A DNA stretch of 64,000 nt from Dicyema japonicum. Lineage: Eukaryota > Animalia > Dicyemida. This document shows, piece by piece, positions 47,121-58,239 of the stretch; positions within the stretch are counted from its first letter, which is position 1; each line of letters starts with the position of its first letter. The DNA lies in NCBI GenBank assembly GCA_011109175.1, contig RDEW01000039.1, forward strand, positions 140,679-204,678, in the 5' to 3' direction. The translations under genes were made by a program, and so were the position numbers. Below the pieces are notes generated by a model. That model saw only the letters and a list, made by a program, of their open reading frames with translations, did not search any database and had not been told where the DNA came from.

Positions 47121-48119
47121 GTCCACCCAAAAAGAAATTTTGTCAATGTTTTTTCATTACCATATAAGTAGCGGATGCGTCGCGGTAGGGAGAGGCAATT
47201 ATGATATCATCGGCCTAAAAAAGAAGTGTTGTTGGTAAGCTTGTTAAATGAAGACTCAATGATTGTTCTTTAAGGAGATTTATTTAATCCATCAGCAATA
47301 AATTTAGTCAGTTTAGAAAGATGGTCTAATCCTTTTTTGGAAAGAAAAGCCAAATAATGTGAGGCTGTGAATGTTATGGATATTAAGTGAAATCCTTATG
47401 AAGAATGGAATGGAGAACTAGGTGGCCTATTTGTTTTACGTAAGCTAGAACATTCTTAGTTTAATCATTTGATTATTAATTATAAGAATATGTCTGAAAA
47501 TATTTGGTTAATTAAATAAACCTTTCTAAAAGCATAGAGCTTATATTCGAACAATTCATTACTCTAAATTACCATGCATTGCTGTATTGTATAAAATTTG
47601 ATACTAATAATGTCAACTAGAGTCATTACAGGAATTTCACGACGAACAAACTATGTTCTTTATCGACATCTATGTTGTTGACCGGTGATGTGGACTATGT
47701 AAAGGCAAACATGGATGAGTATCTACATTGTTTGCTAAACCTGTTTTCTCTGGAGATCCTAAAGCTGCTGTCCCTAACCATATCAAGCTGTAAATTTCAG
47801 GACGAAGTCGCATTCGGGCAAAGTTAAGACGGTGTCTAAATTATGTGAACCGAAAAATGTCGCGTCCCGTGGTGAATTTTGTCAAACAACCGAATAGAGG
47901 TTTATTTAATTTTTATCACAGATTAAGGCAGAATCAGGAGAATGAAAATAGTCAACATGAGTCGAGTCAAGAAAATATAGACTTAAAAAATACATTCTTT
48001 AATTTTTGATTAGAAAGCAATTAGTGTTGATTTGATGATAGGTGACATGTAGTAAATTCTTTGATGAAACAAAGTATTATGGAGTGCCAAAGATAAAACT
48101 CCTGGAATGTGCGGGATAC

Positions 48120-49590
48120 GGCTAAAATTATATAAGGAGGGTCCGGGTTGTCTTTTGAGTCCTCTGTTACTTATTTGGAGCAAGTCTCAACATGAAATAT
48201 CTACCTCAAGTTTGGAATGATTCCATTATTCGGATGATCCCAAACCAGGAAAATCGATAACGGCTATATACTTAGTCTAATAAATTCAATTTCAAAAAAT
48301 CATGGAGAGTTGATTTATAAAAGACTTACGCGGCACATGAATCAACGATTTTCTCATCAAGAACAATTATGCTTTTTTCAGGGATATCACGTGGAGATTG
48401 CTTTTCATCTTGAATTCTGAGATTGAGAAGACCAAGAACTTCAAATATCAGCTGAGTGTCAACTCGGATGACAGCTGTCAGAGTATCACTTACGGCTCGG
48501 TGTTGATTTCGGCTTGCGACATTTCATGTGAGACGTCTCTAAATGCAGAAATTTGTTCCTAGCATTAAATGAGTATGCTATCTCACTTCTAAACTACTAC
48601 ATAGGTGTTATGGAGTTTGATCCCAAAGGGTATGATGAGGTTGATGTTTTTATCTGTGGAGTACTTAGAGAAAAACTATGTCATGTGCTGGCAGCCAACA
48701 AGGAGAGACTATATTTACCCCATGAGAACTTTGGCTGTGGACAGTGTGGAGTAGTCCAACTAAGTGAGCGCATCCCTATGCGAATACACGACACACTGAT
48801 AGCTGGGTCAAATATGTCTGCTAGGAAGCACGCCATAATGAAAAATAGGCAACCTACCTAGGCACTGTCAGACCTTTTTGTCTGCTAAGTATGGTATTGA
48901 TAGTGGTGGGCTAGTAAGTGAAGGCGTTGATCGAATTACAATATAATAATTTAATTCAAAGGATCAACTTAAAAAGCCTTCATAAGGTCCTCAAGCAATG
49001 GACAAACCCTTAAGTCGTCGACAGCATTGCTAAAATACGGTGACAAATTATTTCCATCGAGGTGTTTCACACAAATATGCGAGACCCCAATATTTTTTTG
49101 GGTCGATTAACAAATACATGTCTCCCTTATAAGTCAAGAACATGTCGAGGTAGTTAAGGAGTTTTCATCTTTACTATTGCAATAAGTATAGTATTCGCAC
49201 CAGGAAGTTTGGAACTCGTAAGGTGCAGTCTGTAGTAGAGAACACCAAAGGTCCAAATCAAGGTAGACACTATTATCCTAACCCGGAGCTAGTCAAGCCA
49301 CAAATTAAACGGACTTGTGGATATGCAGTCTGGCCAATCCTTATCATAAAAAGTTGGCATTACGTCCCGAGACTGCCTGCCACTGTGGAGGTAAAGAAAA
49401 ATAGGAAGTATGTCTTGTTGCAAACAAGATGGGCAGATAGTGGTTGCAAGGTTCTCGTTATTCCGATGAGGTGTGTAGGAATTGCAACAAAGTACCATAA
49501 TGGTTATCTAAAACAGTTAGAGTTAGTAGGAAGATCCAGGACTATCTGCAGTCTACTGTTTTAAAGCGGACCTAGAGAGTCTAACACTGG
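48120..49590 (+). mobile_element. R4/Dong-like non-LTR retrotransposon remnant
   Basis: NEYAISLLNYYIGV, ANKERLYLP, GSINKY, EVKKNRKY..VIPM; paralogous to 43085-43820. Confidence 0.75.
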
Positions 49591-49599
49591 AGATAGAGG

Positions 49600-51150
49600 C
49601 AGTTTTTCCATTTTCCTCTGTCGAATGCAAGCGATCTTAATTCGTATAGGTCATCCCCCGTTTTGAGCTTTTTTTCACCTGGTTTAAATCTTGTTTAAGA
49701 CAATCGGCAGTGTCGTTCTTGGTAGTCCGCGGGAGGGTTTGTCGCAACTGTCAAAGTAATCTTCCATCGCTTTGTTAGTTGTGCGTCTTGGTTCATTCTA
49801 ACACATGTCCAAATAGCCTCCACCGGGCATCTATCACATCCTTGCTGATGTACGAACACATACACTTGTTGTATATACCAGTAGTTGATATTCTACATGG
49901 CAACTCCATTACGAGTAAGCTTCTTAGTTGCCTTCCATGGAACAAATCTAGTTTCGTTAGTTCTTTGAAGGAACTTCCCCAAGTTCCAGCCAGTAGGATC
50001 GGTTTCACAAAGGCGTTGTAAAGCCTGCATCTGATGTCAATTCCAAGTCCTTTGGCCCTTAGCCATCCTTTCTTCAGTTTAGCCATTGGCGCATTTGCCA
50101 GTGTTTTCCTCCTTAGTACATCTTCAGCGTCTCTTAGTAGAGAACCGAGCTTATTAGTACATCTCCATCTTTCATGAGTAATATCGTCTATTTGATTTCC
50201 GTAATTTCATTTTGTTTACATTTACACTGAGAAACCATTTCTCAAGCTTCGCAGGTGCATTTTCTAGTAGGTATTGGAGTGTGGTCGTGTCCGTGATACA
50301 AATCTACATCATCCGCATAAGATGTCTCTGTTACGTCTCCTATATTGCATTTACGGACATCGCGGAGTGCAGATTCAAGATGTATGGCGAATAGTAAAGG
50401 GGAGAGGGAATCACCCTGGGGTGTCCCAATTGTTGTTTTGAAACTACAGGAAGAAAGTGTTTATCCGACTTTCGACAGACAATGTAATCGATTTGATTAT
50501 ATATATTCATGGTCTCCCCAACAGAGTTTTTCCTTTGTCCGTGCCATGTCATCTTGTGGTGAGCTGAGTGCGTGAAGACCGTGTTGCACAGGAATAGACT
50601 ATTTGCCTTGCAGAAGTTCACAAGAGAGGCTCCTGATGCATTTCTCCTTCCGCGTCCATGTATTCCAATGGAGGATTCTTCGGGTCCCATTCCGGCCTTT
50701 TCATTAATATCTCCCGCACAAAAACAAGGGACGAGGACGCATTATTCGAATATGTGCTTGAAAGTTATGATTAGAATTCCTCGAACTCAATAGGGTTCTT
50801 GATTCCTCGCCCGCAGTGTGGTGCATAGACATTTATGATTGTTAAAAGACTCTTGGACTCATTAGTTTGACTTGTAGGACACATATTCGGTCGTTGACTC
50901 TCCAATAACGATGAAATTTTTTGAGGTAATCCACGTGTAAGGCAAATTCCAACCCGTAGTGTTTGCATTCACTCGGGAAGAGAATCAGTCGGTAGTTGTT
51001 CCACGTTTCATCGCGCTCCTTTTCCATTTTCGTCTCTTGTATGCAGCCAATAGATATTTTGTATTTCTCGAGATCGTCACAAAGCACTTTCCTATCCCAA
51101 TCGTTTGATATTGCAAGTACGTTAAATGTCATTAGCCTCATAAGTTCTCG
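49600..51150 (-). mobile_element. RTE-clade LINE with internal deletion
   Basis: APE motifs MRLMTFNV..IGCIQETK, INVYAPH and NQIDYIV are fused near 50450 to RT motifs FKTTIGTPQGDSLSPLLF..LYNAFVKPIL..WRLFGHVL. Confidence 0.85.
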
Positions 51151-51179
51151 AATGTTCGTAATGAGTGTTTTTTGACATT

Positions 51180-51860
51180 ATTTATTATTTAATAACCGAA
51201 AAGGAACACCAAGAAAGAAGGAGTAATCCAACTAATTAAGTGATCCCGGTACGCCTCAACAGGATCGAGAAGTTTTTCCTGTGTTCCTCCAGAGTACCCA
51301 CGGCTTTCCTGAATAGACGACGATCATCTTTCATTAGGGTTTGAAGAGGAGTGGGGTTTTTCCCCAAATTTCGTGTATTTGAAGCCTTTAGCCTTGAATG
51401 GAAGAAACAACTTGTTTCTTGGCCACACAGACCGATGAAGCCGGAGCCATTATTTTTGATTGCGCGTGGTCAAGCACTGGAGGGAAAAGATCAGGGGGTA
51501 GATTCGTTTGACGTGCTAGTTTTCCAATTAGGGTATTGATCTTGAGTGAATTTGATATCGAAGCTTCATAGGCCCATGAGGCACAAGCGTACTCAATCGT
51601 CGGTTTTAGGAGTTGATTGAACACAACGAGGGCGCATTCATGTGAAGGTTTGGACTTCAAGAGCGGTTTGATTATATTTAAGTTTCCTGAGACCCTTTGT
51701 CATAACGTTCTTCACATGTTGAGAAAATGTCATCAAAGGGTCAAATGTCACTCCCAGGATAGTTGGACGAATCTGTAGTGGTAAGGAGTCTCCAAAAATG
51801 TTCAAGTCCAGTGTATGTTTTTCTTTTCTGTCCGTGTTTTTTGACATATGTTTTACAGAG
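51180..51860 (-). mobile_element. LINE family C (I/Jockey group) ORF2 C-terminus and 3' UTR
   Basis: ILGVTFDPLMTFSQHV, LKPTIEYACASW, EEHRKNFSILLRRTGIT*, then TTAGTTGG..CTTCTTTCTTGGTGTTCC..GGTTATTAAAATAATAA. Confidence 0.8.
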
Positions 51861-51967
51861 CCCCATCACCAGCTCAACCAAAAAAAGATTGGTTTATTAG
51901 TAATAAAAATATCTTAAAATTAATTTATATAAATTATTTTAAAATTTAAGTTTCGTTTCTTGTGTTT

Positions 51968-52461
51968 ATGAGCACTGACACTGATAATAATGAATTCAAA
52001 TATCGAGAAACTATTCATGACCGCTATAAAAATAGGTTTTTGCTTCTAAAATCAATCTTAGTTCTTGTTTAAAAAATCGTCTGAAAAAAGTATCGGCTAT
52101 TCATTTTTGTATGCACGTGTTTTTTGTATTTTACTTTATGTTCGATAAATCATCTACTTTCAATAAGGGAATAATCATTTTATTATCTTTAAATTTTTTA
52201 TTGTTTCCTTTGCTCATTTATTCTCTCAAAAAGAGTTCCTACTTTCTCCTAAAAATGTACATTTTTGGGATCTGCTCATTCGGCACTTTCTCGATTCCCT
52301 TATTTTTAATAAATCTCCCAACTATTGAGACAATTTCCGGATTTATTAATTGGAGTTACATTCGCTATGGAACGGCCTTCACACTTTCCTCTTTTGGATG
52401 CACCTGTGTTGTTTATTCGATCTCACTCCTCAAATGTTGGAGCTTAAACAAGCTGAATTAA
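51968..52461 (+). CDS. Hypothetical small multi-pass membrane protein, about 155 aa, 2 exons
   Basis: A 26-nt GT-AG intron (52036-52061) joins ATG 51968 in frame to ORF 52111-52461. About four hydrophobic segments. Confidence 0.6.
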
Positions 52462-54229
52462 CTTAATTTTATTAATTCATATTTATTGACTTTTGATTTT
52501 TTACTAATTAAGTCCGTGATTTATTCCCCCAAAGTGTTACAACTACCTCTTTTTACGATTTGTATGAAAATGCGCTCTCAACCAGTCATCCCTCTTCAAG
52601 GGTATCTATCCTCTTTACTATCAACGATCGGATGGTATTAGGAAGAATTCAATTTGGTCTTAAAATCTGTGGTTTAACTGAGATACGTTTAAATACAATA
52701 TGTTTTTTTATTGTTGCGTATTTTAGGGGTTTTTGGTTTCGTTGTGGTCGATCCTATTACATAAATGGGGTCTTAGGTGAGGTATTTACAACTCTTCCTT
52801 GGGAAAAAGTCGTCCCGTCGGGTTTTCTTGGTTTTGTTGTCTATCCCGAGGGGTTCCAGTTGTACCAGATATTCAGCTGATTCGAGTCCTTTCGTAATTT
52901 CTCCGTTGTTGCTCTGTGTTTTGTCTTCCTTCTACTTTGTCTTACAATTGTGAGGTTATAATGGTAAGATAAGTAACGGAATATACCATTATTAAGAACT
53001 GGGGGAGATGGGATGATCATATTTATATGAAAAGCTTTTTCATGACAATACTAGAAAATAACTGGATCAGAGGATTGTTGGTTAGTCAAATGAATGATGA
53101 TCTGAAGGTTGAGGTGGTGACGTTTTGAACGAAATTCCTTCATTGCTGTAACCTCTCCCGAAACATCTTTCATTGTCTTCAATGAATTCTTTCTCCAAGC
53201 TATTGTGGATCCGTGTTGGAAGTGAAAATTATATAATTATTATGACTTCGCAGGAGTTTACTCTAAGTGATCTCGAAGAAGATTCCTTTAAATCACTCAA
53301 ATGATGACTAATCAGGTTAATATAGAAGTTGAGGACAATCTAAAAATTTATTCATGTTTCAAATCAACCCGTGGATGTGATATTCTGAGTATATCTCATT
53401 GGGTAAGAGATAGGATTGATTCTGACGTGGAGAAAAAGAATAAAGATGAGTTATAGAGGGTGACTTTCAGCGATTTGGGCAAATGACCACGATAATAGTA
53501 AGATTATGACTTATAACTGATTCAGTGAGGATTGAGAGTCACTTTTCAGCATCCAAATATTCCTTTTTATTCTTGATTTTAGTTATGCAAGAAAGTGGCT
53601 GAGGTGGTAACGTCCCTCAATTGCACGCATGTCTAAAACACACACCAAAAAAATCGTACTTATCAAAAACCAAGACCTATACACACTTTGTAATCGAAGC
53701 ACTTGGATACAATTATTTAGTAATAATCGTTCCTGCATACGATATTATGGAATCATACTTCCACTGCTCAGAGGCTTTTAGAAGGAAGTCTCGAACAACT
53801 TTGCCCTCAATAATGAAAATCGATCTAAAACATCCAAAGTGGCATTAGAAGACGCAGATGAAAAAATCGCAATCTCATGAAGAGCGTGGAGGAGTCTAAC
53901 AGGCCGGATCATCCGGGGGTTAGCACAAGCGACGGAAGGATATAACTTTCTTATTGCGAATGTGCATAGTAATAATGCAAGAAAGTCTGACTTAATGGAT
54001 TGAACGCTCTTAAGAGCAATTTGTATTATTAATTTATTTACCCCCGGTTTTTCAATTAAAGGAAACCGTAGCTAACAGGAAAGTAACTGACAAAAAGCGG
54101 ACGTTCCCAAAGATCTATCAGGCATATCAGAAAGAGATGTTACACAACAAGAGAATAGGTGGAAAATCAATTTTTATTAATAACTAATCAATCATTTATT
54201 ATAATAAAGAAACAGTCAGCTGAGAGTCA

Positions 54230-54420
54230 TACAGCAGCAGCCCTGACAGGGTGGCTATTCCCTTTCAGGATGGCGAGTGGGATTCGCTCAAATAATCAGC
54301 ATCGCTCACGAGGATTCCTGTTCGTGTAGAAATCCGATTCAAAAATTCCAATATCGTAGGCGCAAGGGAACCGGACGTTTCAACCGCAAACAGAAAATGG
54401 TCGGGTGGGACTGTCTCCTA
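54230..54420 (-). mobile_element. CRE-like 3' end
   Basis: FAVETSGSLAP..ERIPLAILKGNSH. Confidence 0.7.
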
Positions 54421-54830
54421 GATTGACTATCGGGTAAGTAGTTGTGACTGTTATTTTAAAGTAATTGTCATATTAATTAGTCATCGATTTAAATCATGTT
54501 AAACTAAATACTCCGAGAATTGAGTGAGCAAAAACAAATCATAATCAATATAACAGCCAAAAATCAAAATAGCGGCCTTCGAACGCTGTTTTTCTGTGCA
54601 GTCGAGAGAGAAATAACCACGCACCTTTCTAACTTTAATTTTTAAAACTGATCACAAAATGTCAACGTGAAGAGCATAAATATACAAGAAAAATCCACTA
54701 GGGAGCAGATTATAATCAATGTACCACCCCACGAAACATGCCTAAACAGACACACAGCATATTAAGTAAGGGAAAGACACCTAACAAACAGCTATGATAA
54801 ATAAGCGAAGATAAAATATAAAGTATAAAG

Positions 54831-56401
54831 TCAATCATCCAAATTTCTGATAGCTTTATACAAAATTTGTCCTTCTTTAATCTTAACATGCTCACATGAA
54901 AATGCCTGAATAGTTTGCATTATAGGCTAACATTAAAATTACACTTACTCGGATATCAAATAGTTTCTGTTTGTACACTGAAAATATAAACGCACATAAA
55001 AGACGAATCCATCTCCCTTTCCCACTGTTCCCATCCCCAGAATCTTCGCCTGCTGACACTGAATTCATCTTTTGGATGAAATTCTCGATATATTTGCACA
55101 CAAAGTCCCCAGTTAGTACAGGCTGTCCACTCCTTTTCTCAGTGCATAGCTCCTTCACGACTTCCAGACTCCGAAAATTAGAGATCTCCACCAAGGTTGA
55201 TAGCAGTTCGCCAATAAGTGGAGTACCAAGTGACGACATCACTAACGCACGTGTGGCATCTCCATTCGCTGCTACCAAACTTGCAAACACGTCCTTTTCC
55301 ACCGCGTTTATCGTAGATAACAAATTAGGTTCCGCAGAAAAGGCCACAATGAGTTCTCCGAGACACACGATCTCGTCGGAGGTTATATTCTTGTTCACAA
55401 GAAGTCGTTTTATGAAGCTGTACTGAGTGTCCCGGAAGTAATTAGTCCTCGGTCTCCGCAAATTCACTTCAAAGGGTCGGATCGACTTGGGCCGATTCTT
55501 CTTGTGGAATGGAGGTAAAATGTGTTTTGCAGAAGAAAAGTGCCAAGGAATCTACCGTTATCGGAGACCAAACCTCTACCAGGTCCCCGTCCAACGGAGG
55601 TGGAGGAAGTCGGATCATAGTTGGTTTCAAGCACTCATTCGCACTCTTCACAACCGTCACCAACAGATTTGCCGTAAATGTCATCAAGTCATCACTTTCG
55701 GGGACCAATTCGTCACTGTTCGCTGAGATGGTCCAAACTAGTGGTAGTCTCATGCGGTCCTCAAGGCAGCCATGGATAAAACACGTGTCACAAAGTTCTT
55801 CGATCACTTTAGGCAGCATAGACCTCTAAACTGTAAAATACGGGAATCAACGGTATCCATTGGATTTTTTTCGTTTATTACGTCGTTTGGAGTCAATCCG
55901 AGTAGCTACAAATAAAATTCCGTGAAACCTCAGTGTTTCCGTTAAGAACTTGAATCGTGAAGCTTAGTTCACTCGGCTCGAAGGATTTAATCCCTCCAAA
56001 GGTCGGTCTCCGTTTTTCAGGATCCTAAATTACGTAATTATTACAAAATACGATTATCTCAGCCAAATATTGAGAAAAAATGGAGCCAGAAAGGTTTTCC
56101 TCGTTGGAGAAGAGTTTGAAGATCAAAAACAGAGCCATCAAACGTTGAGCACGACCAGGGAACAGTTCGAATCTGTGAAGAAGCTCAACCTTGTGTTACA
56201 ATGAGTCAAACCAGACAAATCCCGACAGCAAACAATTTATAGGACCGGCGAACATAATTATTAAAGGATTTGGCCATGTTATTGAAGCTAACTGAAGCTA
56301 CCTTCTTTTCGCTCAAAATACTTAAAAGCTATGACCATTCCTTACTTTATCAGCCATACGGCCTCTTCTTTTGTTATTGAAAAACTATCAGTTCCTTTCA
56401 T
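54831..56401 (-). CDS. CNOT11: CCR4-NOT complex subunit 11; spliced
   Basis: ITKEEAVWLINILSE..AQRLMALFLIF, KPTMIRLPPPPL, RSLEVVKEL, RWIRLLCAFIFS and IQAFSCEHVKIKEGQILYKAIRNLDD* match CNOT11 N- and C-terminal blocks. About 7 introns of 22-27 nt. Confidence 0.88.
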
Positions 56402-56596
56402 TCACCTAAATAAGTTATTTTGAAAATAATTTTTGAAAAAATGAAAAATAAACATACACAACTAAGTACATATGAATCCCATAATTTATTTATTTTTCGG
56501 TTAACTAATATATTTTATTTTTATTAAATAATATTGATAAATTAACTATAGATATTAGTTTTTTAATATTTTTAAATATTGGCTACGAATCCTTAT

Positions 56597-56951
56597 TTGT
56601 CAGTCAGTGTATCCAGTTTCCACCTCTACAGAAACAGACTCCATCCGGAATCAACATAAAAGGTAAAAGACGTTAATAGTTGCAGTTGTGAAAACCCCTC
56701 CAGTGGAGTGGGGAGAACAAATGATCATTTTTTCGTTCCTGCTTGGCACTGGGCGCCACTTAGACAGGTGGATCACATGACGCCACTCTAATAGGAAGAA
56801 AGAGGAGGAACCGACGGACAAAATTGAAACTTCAACCAATTAGACACGTAGCACCACATGGCGCCACGCGGCTATTCCTATTTTTCACTTAATTAGTTGT
56901 TTACTTTAACTTCTTTCTCGGTGTATCCGGGGTTAATAAATAAATTGTCAG
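56597..56951. mobile_element. SINE-like family B copy with inverted 5' segment
   Basis: 56607-56871 is the antisense 5' part and 56886-56944 the sense 3' tail; TTGTCAG flanks both ends. Confidence 0.85.
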
Positions 56952-57049
56952 ATGCGCAATGTTGGAATTTTTTTCTGATCAGAGGGAGTGTTCGCTTTGT
57001 TTGAGAAGAAGGGAATTATACTTAAATTACTAATTTTAACCACTTTCTT

Positions 57050-57450
57050 AATATAGTGTTCCACTAAGATTTATAATTTGTTCTGTATTCACTCTGACTT
57101 TAGAAAGGATAGTTTTATGTGGATCGATGGAACTTTTTACCATATTCTGTTCAGATATTTGTTTCTCGCCATGGGAACCTACTTCAGATGAACTAATCCT
57201 GCGCTTTCTGCCAATGATTAAATAATTTTTCTATCTTGGACTATCTTTAAGGCCTAATCTTTTATAGAGTAAATGATATTATGCATCAATTACGATGTGT
57301 TCGAATCCCCCAACAGAGTACTTGGTCAAAGTTCTCTTTCCATGCTTTGTTTCTGTCTCATTGCGTTTAGACGTTAAACGTATCAGGAGGTGTCCAATGC
57401 AAACGCAGCACTGAAAGGAACCATTTATTTGAAAGATTTTTGCAATTGTG
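57050..57450 (-). mobile_element. Possible Ty3/gypsy pol remnant (pre-integrase region)
   Basis: LLYKRL..YLIIGRKRRI..GSHGETNI; weak and stop-ridden. Confidence 0.25.
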
Positions 57451-58239
57451 GTTTCGGATTGACGTGTGACTCTGAGTGCGAATTTGGGAACTCAGTGATC
57501 TCAATTAGTGGCTAACTTTTTTTTAGCTGTATTGGGGTTAATGAATAAATAGAAAATCATTAAACATTTGAATGAGTTTATTAGGAACATTAAAACAAAT
57601 AATAGCTTATAATAAGTGACATTAATATCGCTTAACTGTCATTTTATTAATATTTCACCAAAATTAAAGGAAAATGTGTGTTAGGCCAAGTGGGACAAAC
57701 GGATATTACAATTTGGCAGTTTTCTTCATTAATTCAGAAATAAGTGTTTATCTTATTTCCTTGCTCAGTGCGGTTGAGATAGCCACTTTATTAACAAGGA
57801 CCTCGAATCAAATCCGGAAAACTTCTGTAAGGTTTGGAGACATTAGATTGGAAAACTTGGATTTTAGACTCGTTTTGGCTCTGTTCTTCGTGCAGATGGC
57901 CAGTTCGATGCATTGAGTGTATAGTGAACTTAACGTCGAACTTAATGACTTCATGTATTGTCATAGAAGTGCCTTTATGAATTTCGACTTTCGCTGTGAA
58001 AATTTGATAATATTGTTTACAATGTCTATTTCACACGTGACTAATGATTTTATGTCTATTTCACACATCACGAATGATCTCTTCACATTGGCGTCATTTA
58101 ACGTCCGAGGATTGAAAGAAAATAAATGCCGCGTGGTTCATTTGTATGGTGGTGTTATGCATCACATGATGTTAAAAAGAACTGCACTTTCCCTATCCAT
58201 GAAAGAGGATGGTTTTCCAGGTACGCTCTAATTTTGTGT

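Noticed and set aside
54892-55819. CNOT11 as a split or frameshifted pseudogene
   Set aside because: A 22-nt intron (GTTTGG..CGGTAG) and other micro-introns restore a continuous conserved frame.
54971-55829. Plus-strand ORFs overlapping CNOT11 (and similar antisense ORFs over TE fragments)
   Set aside because: They are antisense shadows of real coding sequence with no independent motifs.
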